From Sedimentisphaerales bacterium (GTDB taxonomy: Bacteria > Planctomycetota > Phycisphaerae > Sedimentisphaerales > SM23-30): a stretch of DNA of 64,000 nt. Under the pieces are notes generated by a model that saw only the letters and a program-made list of their open reading frames with translations, was not told the origin of the DNA and did no database searches. The stretch is taken from positions 160,001 through 224,000 of the forward strand of contig CAXXFK010000025.1 in NCBI GenBank assembly GCA_963663965.2, written 5' to 3'. Positions 29,999-39,443 of this stretch are shown in pieces; the stretch's first letter is position 1, and every line of letters begins with the position of its first letter. The translations under genes and the position numbers were made by a program.

Positions 29999-30901
29999 TT
30001 ATTTATCGCGATTGACCAGCATTTCGGCCAGGAACTTCAGCGGCAGCCCAGCCGGCCCCAATGGTGCGAGCAGACTGCCAGCTTCGCTCATCAGTTCATC
30101 CGCCCGGATACGAGACGCTTCCACTCCAATCATGGATGGATAGGTCAGTTTGCCGGCCTGGGCGTCTTTCTGGGTTTGTTTGCCTAATTGTTCGGCGGTT
30201 GAAGTCACATCCAGTAAATCATCGACAATCTGGAAAGCCAGGCCCAATTTGAGACCAAAATGCCCCAGACGATCAATCCAGTCATTTTTGCAACCGGCAC
30301 ATATTGCCCCCATGCGCATGGCCGCGGCAAACATCATGGCGGTTTTTCGAGTATGGATATAATCCACCATATCGATATCGCCTTCGAGTTGTTCGCCTTT
30401 AAGGTCGGCGACCTGGCCGGCAATCATACCGGCGTTGCCGGCGCCTCGGGCCAGTTCACTGATCAGCCGGCGGGAGATTTCAGCATTTTCGACGCAATCC
30501 GCCAACAGGTGAAAAGCCCGGGTCAATAACGCATCGCCGGCGAGGATCGCGATCCCTTCGCCAAAAACTTTATGATTGGTGGGTTTGCCCCGACGGAAAT
30601 CGTCGTTATCCATGGCCGGCAGGTCATCGTGGATGAGTGAATAAGTATGCACCATTTCCAGCGCTACCGCCGCTTGAATGGCATCATCAACCTGCCCGCC
30701 ACAGGCCTGACAAGCCATCAGAGCCATCACCGGACGCAAACGCTTACCGCCGGCACGCAGACTATAGCGCATGGCATCGATCAGCAATTCGGGAACCTGG
30801 CCATCCTGATCAAGGTACTTTTCCAGGTTTTGATCGACACTGGCCGCTAACTGGGCGTAATCCTGTTGGAATCTGATTTTATCATCAAGCATTTCGGGCA
30901 T
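29999..30901 (-). CDS. ispA: Farnesyl/geranylgeranyl diphosphate synthase
   Basis: GGKRLRP, SLIHDDLPAMDNDDFRRG, GQVAD, FQIVDDLLD; ispA-dxs-nadK synteny. Confidence 0.93.
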   Translation of the reverse strand: MPEMLDDKIRFQQDYAQLAASVDQNLEKYLDQDGQVPELLIDAMRYSLRAGGKRLRPVMALMACQACGGQVDDAIQAAVALEMVHTYSLIHDDLPAMDNDDFRRGKPTNHKVFGEGIAILAGDALLTRAFHLLADCVENAEISRRLISELARGAGNAGMIAGQVADLKGEQLEGDIDMVDYIHTRKTAMMFAAAMRMGAICAGCKNDWIDRLGHFGLKLGLAFQIVDDLLDVTSTAEQLGKQTQKDAQAGKLTYPSMIGVEASRIRADELMSEAGSLLAPLGPAGLPLKFLAEMLVNRDK

Positions 30902-31209
30902 AATCCATCATATTATCAGGAAATTCAGCAGATAGCCAATTGAAATTCGAAAAGATGCCTGCCCATCTATTGCTTTAATTGTTTCTTATTACTTGTTATA
31001 TAATTAGTTATAATAAATTGTCTTTAATTATTAACATCTTCAAGGTAGAATGATCAAGCATTAATTATCTCAGCAAACTTTCATGAACCGGATTGACAAC
31101 TTTGTTATAATTTCGTAAGATATTGCGTTCTTAGCTAACGAAGGTAATATTGAAAAATGGCCAATACGAGCCAGTATTCATAAAGCATTATAATTAAATA
31201 AGTTAAAAG

Positions 31210-31292
31210 GGCCGAGTGGCGGAATGGCAGACGCTGGGGACTTAAAATCCCCTGCCCGCAAGGGCGTATGGGTTCGAGTCCCATCTCGGCTA
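31210..31292 (+). tRNA. tRNA-Leu (anticodon TAA), CCA not encoded
   Basis: Acceptor stem GGCCGAG/CTCGGCT+A; D-arm TGGCGGAATGGCAGACGC; anticodon arm GGGGA-CTTAAAA-TCCCC; long variable arm GCCC-GCAA-GGGC; T-arm ATGGG-TTCGAGT-CCCAT. Confidence 0.97.
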
Positions 31293-31297
31293 TCTAG

Positions 31298-31337
31298 ATA
31301 AAGCCCTGGATCGTCATGGTTCAGGGCTTTATTATTT
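31298..31337. terminator. Likely bidirectional terminator after tRNA-Leu
   Basis: ATAAAGCCCTGGA...TTCAGGGCTTTAT hairpin between convergent genes. Confidence 0.75.
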
Positions 31338-31399
31338 CCGCCCGGTAATCAGGTATACTATTCAAGAAATGTCGGTTTTTCTCCCTATCAAAAGCCCAA

Positions 31400-33295
31400 T
31401 CAGGGCGTCAGAGACCGATTCAACCTGGCAATGACCCTGATTGTCTGGCGGAATTCAGTAAAACATAAGAATGGCCTCGAGGGAGTCTTTAATTTTTTGA
31501 TTTCAGCTTCGGTCAGTTTGCGGACGTTGAAATTGCGGATGGCGCCGCTGGTCTGCCAGGTAGCGACTCCCAGAGGACGGCAGGGTTCCATTTCATAGCG
31601 GATGGTGATTTTGCGATTGAGGGTGATGGCATCGACTTTTTGATCATTGTCAATCCAGGCCTCGATTTTATTTTCTGAGACCCGTACGCGAATATTGTAC
31701 CAGCGGTTTTCTTCAAAGGTCATGGCCGTGGTTGTTTCGTTGTTGGCGGCATCGTAATGGTCCAGGTTGGACAGGCCGCAGAGGCTACCGCCCCATCCGC
31801 CACAGATAAATGAGCAGTGGCTCTGGGCTACCGGGAAAGTCAGGCCACAAAAGAAATCGGAACCGGCAAGCCGGCGCGCCTGGAGGGTTATTTCATAGTC
31901 CATGGTCATGACCGGACCGGGCCAGGTAATTCCGGTCATATCATGGCCTGCTTCCATGACAATGGACTCGTCAGAGAGATGAACGTTACCGCTATTCTCG
32001 AATTCGGCGATTTTCCAGGAGCCCATGGATTGGCCGTCAAACAGCGTGACAGTCTGGCCGGGTCGCAATTGGTCAAGTTTAATCAGGGTCTGCGATTCGT
32101 TAACGGAAGAGGCGGCGTCCGGTTGAGATAATTGGCGGAAATTGTTAATCCGATGGAAAGTCAGGTAGTTGGCATCATGGGCGTTATGGGCGCCTCCGAG
32201 ACCGTCGTCGAAAGCCGTGCGGGAAACATAGATGATATCGTCACCTTCGAATTGCCAATCGGGATACTGGAAGCCGTGTTTGTCTACTTCGTCATGGTGA
32301 AGCAGCGTGGCGATGATTTTCCAGTTTTTTAAATCGGTTGAGACTGCCAGACTCAGGGTATTGCGGATGGAGGCGGCTTTACGGTTACCATAATCCGCAG
32401 TATCAACAGTGTTTGTCAGGGCAAAATATTGTTTACTGACTGGATCGAAACGGATGGAGAATTTCTTGGCGCCGCCGGGCATATCGATAAATCCTGTGGC
32501 CGGATCGAAACTGGCCGTTTTGCCATCATCGGCAATATTGACAACTGCGGCTTTATTGCCGGCTGGGGTATCGACCCGGAGGATATTGACCAGTTTACCG
32601 GCCGGAGTCAGGACAACATTGCCTTCCAGCCAGGCGTTGAATTGACCATCCAGCCAGGCGGGATCGCGTGGGACGAAATTGGAGACTTGCCAATTGGCTG
32701 AATCCAACAGATTGGCATCAACCGGGGCGCTGATGACCCCGGCCTGGAAATTGATCCCCCAGGGGCCGGGGACCTGAGTATTATACTCGAAAGAACGCCA
32801 GATCCGGCCGTTATGAATCAGAACCGGCATCGGGGCACAGTGGTATGTGCCGGTTTTGATGATGCCGGTATGGCTATCGACCGGCTCGGTCCAGTGGCGG
32901 CCGTTATCCGTCGATTTTCGGATCAAAATATGACTGTATCCTTTTTCAGTTCCCAGGAGATAGACCGTGTTTTGATGGACAAAGAGTTTGCCCCAGAACA
33001 TTCCTTTGAATGCGGCCACCTGTTGCCAGGTGATCCCTTTGTCACTGGAAGCGAAAACTCTGGTCCGTTCCCCGGATAACACACTGGAACCGGGTCCGAA
33101 GATATCATGGGAGGCCAGATAGCTGCCGTCCGGCAGGATGGCGATACTGGGCGAACCAATATAGCAGCGTGAGCTTGCCGGGCTGTGATCGATGACGATG
33201 CCGGGAACTCTGGAGTGATCAGGGTTCGCGGCGGATAAGAACAGCGGTGTTACGAGGATATGGACTATTGGTAACAATCGTAACCGAAAATTCAT
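31400..33295 (-). CDS. Sialidase-like BNR beta-propeller fused to DUF1080 (3-keto-disaccharide hydrolase-like) domain
   Basis: YIGSPSI, Asp-boxes SSDKGITW and STDNGRHW, WLEGN, GFQYPDW; C-terminal LFDGQSMGSW...GSDFFCGLTFPV; GGAG RBS before ATG 33295. Confidence 0.85.
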   Translation of the reverse strand: MNFRLRLLPIVHILVTPLFLSAANPDHSRVPGIVIDHSPASSRCYIGSPSIAILPDGSYLASHDIFGPGSSVLSGERTRVFASSDKGITWQQVAAFKGMFWGKLFVHQNTVYLLGTEKGYSHILIRKSTDNGRHWTEPVDSHTGIIKTGTYHCAPMPVLIHNGRIWRSFEYNTQVPGPWGINFQAGVISAPVDANLLDSANWQVSNFVPRDPAWLDGQFNAWLEGNVVLTPAGKLVNILRVDTPAGNKAAVVNIADDGKTASFDPATGFIDMPGGAKKFSIRFDPVSKQYFALTNTVDTADYGNRKAASIRNTLSLAVSTDLKNWKIIATLLHHDEVDKHGFQYPDWQFEGDDIIYVSRTAFDDGLGGAHNAHDANYLTFHRINNFRQLSQPDAASSVNESQTLIKLDQLRPGQTVTLFDGQSMGSWKIAEFENSGNVHLSDESIVMEAGHDMTGITWPGPVMTMDYEITLQARRLAGSDFFCGLTFPVAQSHCSFICGGWGGSLCGLSNLDHYDAANNETTTAMTFEENRWYNIRVRVSENKIEAWIDNDQKVDAITLNRKITIRYEMEPCRPLGVATWQTSGAIRNFNVRKLTEAEIKKLKTPSRPFLCFTEFRQTIRVIARLNRSLTP

Positions 33296-33504
33296 GATGG
33301 TATTCTCCACTAAATAACGTAATTCATTATGACCAATCGATTTTAATTGAGAAATGAGGTTTTGGACAGATCAAAATTCCCAATTTGATATTTCGGTTAT
33401 TCTATTAAAACGAAAGTGGAATCCATTGATAAACAAACTGGAAGGGTTCGAACGATTGCCGATATTATCTTATGGTTCGATCCATATCGAGAAAAGCACT
33501 TGCG

Positions 33505-35715
33505 TCAAGCGGGATTATGATATTTTGATAATGATGCGTCGATTTTCCCGGGTAAAGTCACAATGAATCGACTGCCCTGGCCTAAAATTGACTCAATGGT
33601 AATATCACCGTCGTGGCGTTCCAGAATACGCTTAACGATCGTTAAACCCAGTCCCATACTGGTCCGATCAATCTCGGGATTCAAGCGATGATAAATCTCA
33701 AACACCTTCTTTAAATAATCTGCCTTGATACCAATGCCATTATCTTCAACAGAATAGACACATTGATCGCCATGTCGCTGCCCCGTAATGTGGATTTGAC
33801 CTTGCCGATCCGGATCCCGGTATTTAATCGCATTATCCAGGAGATTGGTAAACACCTGATTGATCTGACTGGGATCACCCAGACAATCCGGTAACGGATC
33901 AATGGTCAGATCCAGGGCTGCTTTGTCAATTCGAAATTTCATCCCATCGACAATATCCGTTATCAATCTATCCATATTAATCCGCGCCGGTTCAATCTCA
34001 GCAGTACCGATCTGGGATACTTGCAACAGGCCTTCGAGGAGATTGTTCATCTGTTTCGAACTGGACAAGATATAATGCAGATCGTTGGGAATCTCCTTAA
34101 CCATCAAGTCGGAACATTGACCGGTTAATTCTTCGATTAAATCGGCTTTTGCAATTGAATCATGCAATAACTGACAGTGTTCTTTCAACATGCCGCAAAA
34201 TCCGTTGATATTGACCAGCGGACTCCGCAGGTCATGAGACGAGATATAAATGATACTCTGAAGCTCTTCGTTTTTTGTCGCCAATATGCGCAACAACCGT
34301 TCACGATCCAGTTGTGCCTGTTTCCGTTCGGTGATATCTCGAATCAGGCCAAGATATCCGATAAGATTATCCTGAGTATCCCGAACCGCGGTTCCAACCA
34401 TTTCACCCGGAAAGATATCGCGATTATTTCGACGAAATTCTATTTCAGAAGGTTCATGGATTCTTCCGGCCTCGGGATTAAAGCGCTGTTGCCCTGATTT
34501 GTCGAAATCATCCGGGTGGGCATAAAGCATACTCGTTTCCCGGCCCAGAACATCCTGGCGCGTATATCCAAAAATACGCGTAAACGAAGTATTGACACGT
34601 GTGATCCGGCGTTCTTTATCGGTATAGATCAGGGCATCCGGAACTGCCTCAAAGATCTGTTCCATCTCCGACTGGCGGTCTTTCAGGGCCTGCTCAGCTT
34701 CTTTACGGTCCGTAATGTCCTGTACGGTCCCTTTCATGGCGATCAGATCATTGCGATTGTCATAAACTCCCTGGAACGTTGAGAAATAATATCCTGTGCT
34801 GCCATCCGGACGGAGGAACCGTTGTTCATAGGTCCCTTTTTCATGGCTCTCAATGGCTCGCTGGATCAGTTCCTTGCCACGCTGGCTGTCTTGGGGCCAG
34901 GGCGATAAGGCCAGAATGGAGTCAATCTGGGGCGTGAACTCATCCGGATTAAGATGAAAGATTCGATAGACGTGATCAGACCATTCCACCCCCCCGGTTT
35001 TTACATCCCAGGACCAGTATCCCAGTTGAGCCATGTCCTGTGCTTCACGCAGTTTACATTCACTGTCATGCAACGTCCGAATATATTTTGTACGCTGGCG
35101 CTCGGATTTCCTAAACATAACCGTGATGAAGATACCCAGCGCGATAACAATAACAATCAGACTGTATTGAGTGGCAGAAACGACCATGAGTTTTTTTCTA
35201 ATCGCCTGCTGCAAGGCGGTTTCGACTTCGTCCGCGCTTATTAAAAACCGTTCAAACGTCGCATCAAAACGCTGATCAATATCCGTGCCAATACCCACTT
35301 CGGATGGAGTGTTCCATCGTTCTTCGGCAATGGTTTGAAAGGTATCAAGACCGTTGAGTACCTCTTTGATCTTTGCGCTTAAGGTGTCGTCATCCAGAGG
35401 CAAGAACGTGCCTTCAGGATTTGTTCCGCCTTTTAGCATCGCTTGAACGTACCATCGGGCCTGGTCGATATGATCCCAAACCGTTTCAATATCAACCGAT
35501 TGATCTCCACTGATCCCTTCCTCAAACCACAAATGCGCCATGGTCGCTTCCAGCTTGATTTCCATCGTCGCATCTACTAACGGAACGTAACGTGAGGTTA
35601 TATTTCGTTCGATATAGGATGAATAATACATCACCCCGACAACCACCAGAAAGACAATACCCAGCCCGATGGCCGCCAGGTTATAAGAAATTGATGGCTT
35701 TGTTATTATCTGCAT
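33505..35715 (-). CDS. Membrane sensor histidine kinase with two PAS domains
   Basis: Two TM helices; PAS/PAC (GTVQDITDRK, IRDITERK); H-box SHDLRSPL; N/G boxes NLLDNAIKY, DNGIGI, GLGLTIV. Confidence 0.93.
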   Translation of the reverse strand: MQIITKPSISYNLAAIGLGIVFLVVVGVMYYSSYIERNITSRYVPLVDATMEIKLEATMAHLWFEEGISGDQSVDIETVWDHIDQARWYVQAMLKGGTNPEGTFLPLDDDTLSAKIKEVLNGLDTFQTIAEERWNTPSEVGIGTDIDQRFDATFERFLISADEVETALQQAIRKKLMVVSATQYSLIVIVIALGIFITVMFRKSERQRTKYIRTLHDSECKLREAQDMAQLGYWSWDVKTGGVEWSDHVYRIFHLNPDEFTPQIDSILALSPWPQDSQRGKELIQRAIESHEKGTYEQRFLRPDGSTGYYFSTFQGVYDNRNDLIAMKGTVQDITDRKEAEQALKDRQSEMEQIFEAVPDALIYTDKERRITRVNTSFTRIFGYTRQDVLGRETSMLYAHPDDFDKSGQQRFNPEAGRIHEPSEIEFRRNNRDIFPGEMVGTAVRDTQDNLIGYLGLIRDITERKQAQLDRERLLRILATKNEELQSIIYISSHDLRSPLVNINGFCGMLKEHCQLLHDSIAKADLIEELTGQCSDLMVKEIPNDLHYILSSSKQMNNLLEGLLQVSQIGTAEIEPARINMDRLITDIVDGMKFRIDKAALDLTIDPLPDCLGDPSQINQVFTNLLDNAIKYRDPDRQGQIHITGQRHGDQCVYSVEDNGIGIKADYLKKVFEIYHRLNPEIDRTSMGLGLTIVKRILERHDGDITIESILGQGSRFIVTLPGKIDASLSKYHNPA

Positions 35716-36449
35716 TCAGCGCCTTTACATCACTGACAATTTTAGAGCAAAAGCAGCAAGCATCTTTGGCAGAGACCACTCTTATGATTTTTGCCAGACA
35801 GGTATCTCCTGACCCGGGCCTGTTTGGAGTAATCGCAACAATGAATCGCGAATCGCCCGGATAAAGCAACACATATAATCCTGTGCGGATTTTATTAAAA
35901 ACATGATAACTGGCTAACCACCTATCATCATTGGCCCCAAAAATTCCTTTCCGGGATTCTTCAGCTCGATACTGAAAGGAAATTAATCATAACCAGCTAT
36001 AATATCTACACATATCAAGAACTTTGGGAACAAAAAATTTAACCTGAATATCAAGTATTTTACTCTGGACGGCGCCACTAAAAAAGCGCGAATATTAATA
36101 AATTCATGCTAATTGTTATGCCCTGTCAGCATACTATTAAAGGTCTATATGATTTATCGTTATTTTTGATCCGGGTTATCTGTGTTAAACCATGATGACA
36201 ATTTTCAATATTTATCAGTCAAGGAATCATCATTATACTTTTATTAAAAAACATCATAATTCCTTTTAATGTATAGTTTTATCAGAATCACCAATTAACC
36301 TCTGTTGTTTGGATACAGATATGTAAAACTTTTTACGGATTCAATTTAAAATAACAGAATTACCTGCCAGGATTTATCGGACATGGTTTAAAATTAGATT
36401 GGTTTTAAATCCATGTTCATGATTCATGCAACCTTTAGAGATGTCTTTT

Positions 36450-36674
36450 TTATTTCAAATTTCCATCCCAGGTAAAAACCGTACCCAAATTTAAATCGCT
36501 TACCTGGCCAGCATACCCACCATAATGAGTTCCACATGGCAGATAAGAAAATTGTGCATCCGCCCAAAATCTTATATTGAACAATTCTGAACCAGTGGCA
36601 GTAGCAGACAAGTAATAATAGTAGAGCGTGTTAATCATCATGGAATCTGACATCAACAAAAAGGAACACGGCAA
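36450..36674 (-). other. Possible gene remnant in an AT-rich intergenic region
   Basis: Short ORF with protein-like tail (FWAD...CGTH...VFTWDG), loosely H-X-DG-like; no convincing start. Confidence 0.2.
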
Positions 36675-36733
36675 GCTATTTGACTATTCAATCTAATTAT
36701 AGTAAAATTAAAATGTTACAGGAAACAGTATTG

Positions 36734-37885
36734 ATGGCTAAGCGCTTTGAAACATTCTGGTTATTATTCCTTTTATCGCTGCTATGGGTGATATCAGATG
36801 GGATTGCGTTCGGTGAAAATGAAACAATCCGGAAATCGGCGGAATTATTAATCCATTTTGGGGAAATAACCCCACCGGTGGTCGCACAACAAAATATCAC
36901 GGTGCGGGCGCCGGTATCCAACCAGCAGACGGAGGACCGGCCATTGGAATGCAGCGGATTGGCCTGGCTGGATGGCCATTTGCTGATCAGCAGTGATCGG
37001 CATCAACATTTGCTCTTTTCCTGTAAGGTGGATATTAAGGAGATGGCCATTGGAACGCCCCAGCCAGAAGTGGTTGTGCGTAATGAACAAGATCTGCTGG
37101 ATGATGTGGAATCGATTACCTTACTTAACCGGGACGGGATTCAATCATTGTATATGCTGTGTTCATTAAGTAACGCGCCCAATGAACAACCCCTGCCGCA
37201 ACGCCGCCAGATGCTGAGGTGCCGGATTAAATCGGTATCGCCCTTTGAAATGGACTATTGTGAAGTTCAGTCGATGGGAACCTTGCGGCAGCAGTTGGAA
37301 GTCTGTTTTGAATCGATCCGGGTACAGCCCTATCATACCTATTATGCCGATTATCCGGGGAATGATAAGAACACCTACCGCTGGGGCAATGTTGAGGGCA
37401 TCACCTTCGCGCCCGATGGCAAGACGTTATTATGCGGCTTGCGAAATCCGCTTTATGCCCAAAGAGCGATAGCCTTTGCCGTCGATGGCATAGAACCGGC
37501 GACCGAACCGATGGTGCTGAATTCAGTGAAAGTGACCGATTTTTTTCTACTGGATCTGGGCAATCGCGGGATCAGTGATTTGAGCTGGGATCCATTGACA
37601 CAAGGTTACCTGATAACCGCAGGTAAAAGCAACGGGCCACGTCTGGATCCGGATCAGCCGTATCCTCCGAACAGTCTGGACAGCGCCCTGTTCTGGTGGA
37701 GTGGGCAAAAAAGTGACGCGCCTGTCATCGTCGCACGCATACCCGACATGACGATTGAGGCGGTTTGCCGGCTGGGCACGAGCCGCTACATCGCCCTGGG
37801 CAGCGATGAAGGCGATGTCAGTGAAGGGCGAACGGCCCGTCAGAGTATTATTACGATTTTGGAGTTTACAGGGATTCCCCAATAG
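36734..37885 (+). CDS. Secreted DUF3616-like beta-propeller protein
   Basis: Signal peptide; LECSGL, DDVESI, NVEGITF...LLCGLRNP, LDLGNRGISDL, IEAV...SDEG. Confidence 0.7.
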   Translation: MAKRFETFWLLFLLSLLWVISDGIAFGENETIRKSAELLIHFGEITPPVVAQQNITVRAPVSNQQTEDRPLECSGLAWLDGHLLISSDRHQHLLFSCKVDIKEMAIGTPQPEVVVRNEQDLLDDVESITLLNRDGIQSLYMLCSLSNAPNEQPLPQRRQMLRCRIKSVSPFEMDYCEVQSMGTLRQQLEVCFESIRVQPYHTYYADYPGNDKNTYRWGNVEGITFAPDGKTLLCGLRNPLYAQRAIAFAVDGIEPATEPMVLNSVKVTDFFLLDLGNRGISDLSWDPLTQGYLITAGKSNGPRLDPDQPYPPNSLDSALFWWSGQKSDAPVIVARIPDMTIEAVCRLGTSRYIALGSDEGDVSEGRTARQSIITILEFTGIPQ

Positions 37886-37905
37886 CTGGAAAGCGATTTA
37901 AGCCG

Positions 37906-39405
37906 ATGGAAATACCAAAATCCCAAAATGCCGGCCTGGATGATGAAAATGGTTTTGCTGAAACGCTGATAACGGAAGGCCAGGACCCGGAAGCGCTCAC
38001 GGATATCCCGGGCACTCCGGTGTCGAAAGCGGAACCGGATAAAAACCGGCCCAGCTGGGCCGGCAAGATCATGGGGCATTTCAAGCTGTTGCGGCCGCTG
38101 GGCGAAGGGGTGATGGGCCTGGTGATTCTGGCGGAGGATACCAATTTAAAACGCATCGTGGCGTTAAAAGTACTGCGAAAAAAATACGCTACGGGTGAAA
38201 ATGGCAAGAACGCCGTTGAACAGTTTTTACGGGAAGCCCGGGCGGCGGCCGCGATCGAGCATCCCAATATCGTACGGGTTTATGAGATCAATCAGCATGC
38301 CGGCTGGTGGTATATTGCCATGGAGATGGTGGCGGGTAACACCTTGCGGGAGATCGTCCGGGCGGCCGGGGCGCTCAGTGTGGCGCAAGCCTGTCCGATC
38401 ATCGCGGATGCCGCGATCGCGTTACAGGCGGCTCACGAACTGGGGATCATCCATCGGGATATCAAACCCAGCAATATTATGGTTACCCGGAACGGGCGCG
38501 GCAAGGTCAGCGATTTTGGTCTGGTGCGCGTGGACGATCCGGACGACCCGGTTGACAATTATGAACATCAATCGGTGGGAACTCCGTTTTATATGGCGCC
38601 GGAGATCATTCGGCGCGAGGCGGTGAGCCCGGCGGTCGACATCTATAGCCTGGGCGCAACACTGTATTATACTCTGACCGGTCAACCTCCGTTTGGAGCG
38701 GTCAAAATCAAGGAATTATTTCAGCAGCATCTGCATGCCGAACCGCCCGATTTACGGCAGACGCTGCCGGGTTGTTCGGAGAAACTGGCGCTACTGATCC
38801 AAAGGATGCTGGCGAAAAGCGCGGGCGACCGACCCAATGCCGCGGAAGTGGCGGCGATGTTGCGCGCGGAATCCATTTCGTTTGTTGGCGATTCTTTGGG
38901 GACAGGAGGTCCGGGAGGGTCTACCTTAGGAACAGAATGGCAGGGGCTCCTGTCAAAAAGCCATACAGCAATACCCGATCAAACCGGACTGACGGGTATA
39001 ACCGCCGTTTCTACCTGGCTGGGATCTTTAAAAACACCCCGCACGTTAATTCTGCTGGTAATCATGGGAGTCCTGGGACTGGGTGGATTGGGGTATCGAT
39101 GGTACGCATCCCGCCAGCCAGTAGAGAATATTCAAGCCGTCGACAAATTGTTTCCGCAAGCGCCCATCCATTATGGTGTACGGGATAGCGGCACAGTACC
39201 AGATCCACAGCCTATTGAAACAACCCCGGATTTTTCGTGGGTGGGCAAAGTCGATACCACGGGCATCCAGTATGTCGCCAGCAAATCGGGACGTACCTAT
39301 TATGCCATCAGCGATCCTCGGGCCTTACTGATCCGGGCGGATCAATTTATTGGATATGACAACGCGAACCAGGCGGTCCGGGATGGCAAGCAACCCGCCC
39401 CCTGA
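37906..39405 (+). CDS. Transmembrane Hanks-type Ser/Thr protein kinase
   Basis: LGEGVMG, VALK, FLREARAAA, HRDIKPSN, DFG, GTPFYMAPE, DIYSLG; TM helix LILLVIMGVLGLGGLGY. Confidence 0.95.
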   Translation: MEIPKSQNAGLDDENGFAETLITEGQDPEALTDIPGTPVSKAEPDKNRPSWAGKIMGHFKLLRPLGEGVMGLVILAEDTNLKRIVALKVLRKKYATGENGKNAVEQFLREARAAAAIEHPNIVRVYEINQHAGWWYIAMEMVAGNTLREIVRAAGALSVAQACPIIADAAIALQAAHELGIIHRDIKPSNIMVTRNGRGKVSDFGLVRVDDPDDPVDNYEHQSVGTPFYMAPEIIRREAVSPAVDIYSLGATLYYTLTGQPPFGAVKIKELFQQHLHAEPPDLRQTLPGCSEKLALLIQRMLAKSAGDRPNAAEVAAMLRAESISFVGDSLGTGGPGGSTLGTEWQGLLSKSHTAIPDQTGLTGITAVSTWLGSLKTPRTLILLVIMGVLGLGGLGYRWYASRQPVENIQAVDKLFPQAPIHYGVRDSGTVPDPQPIETTPDFSWVGKVDTTGIQYVASKSGRTYYAISDPRALLIRADQFIGYDNANQAVRDGKQPAP

Positions 39406-39443
39406 GCAGGCGGATCAATTAATCGGCGTCATCCTTTGCTTAC

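Noticed and set aside
31210..36700. Genomic island integrated at tRNA-Leu
   Set aside because: No integrase downstream and no duplicated tRNA 3' end was noticed in the window
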